A stretch of DNA of 64,000 nucleotides. Source: Eledone cirrhosa (taxonomy: Eukaryota). Position 1 is the stretch's first letter; every line of letters starts with the position of its first letter. The notes under the pieces were generated by a model that was given only the letters and a program-made list of their open reading frames with translations, did no database searches and was not told the origin of the DNA. This document shows, one piece after another, positions 63,992 through 64,000 of the stretch. A program made the position numbers and the translations under genes. The DNA lies in assembly GCA_964016885.1 (NCBI GenBank), contig OZ024742.1:52514001-52578000 (forward strand), read 5' to 3'.

Positions 63992-64000
63992 TAACATCCA

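Overview
Animal repeat-rich DNA with no host gene visible. Cephalopod/octopus origin is an inference from the SINE types and microsatellite landscape. About 1-48 kb is a nest of non-LTR retrotransposons built on (TAA/TTA)n microsatellites: R4/Dong elements (RT plus restriction-like endonuclease, at least three families), Tx1/L1-clade elements (ORF1 with CCHC knuckle, APE-RT ORF2, three families) and a tRNA-derived SINE. Dong copies lie in (TAA)n polarity, Tx1 and adjacent SINE copies in (TTA)n polarity, and the array flips at about 19.2 kb. The SINE 3' tail matches the Tx1 3' end. About 48-64 kb is a (TA)n zone holding an intact Penelope-like element (RT-CxCx5C-GIY-YIG, Hydra-clade-like). It has pseudo-LTRs, a 2.2-kb inverted duplicate, a ~450-nt highly structured 3' UTR and a variant-core hammerhead ribozyme whose predicted cleavage site coincides with the element's 5' end. 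Several small hammerhead-bearing foldback elements and RTE, Ingi/I-like and mariner relics fill the rest. All alignments and RNA folds were done by eye.
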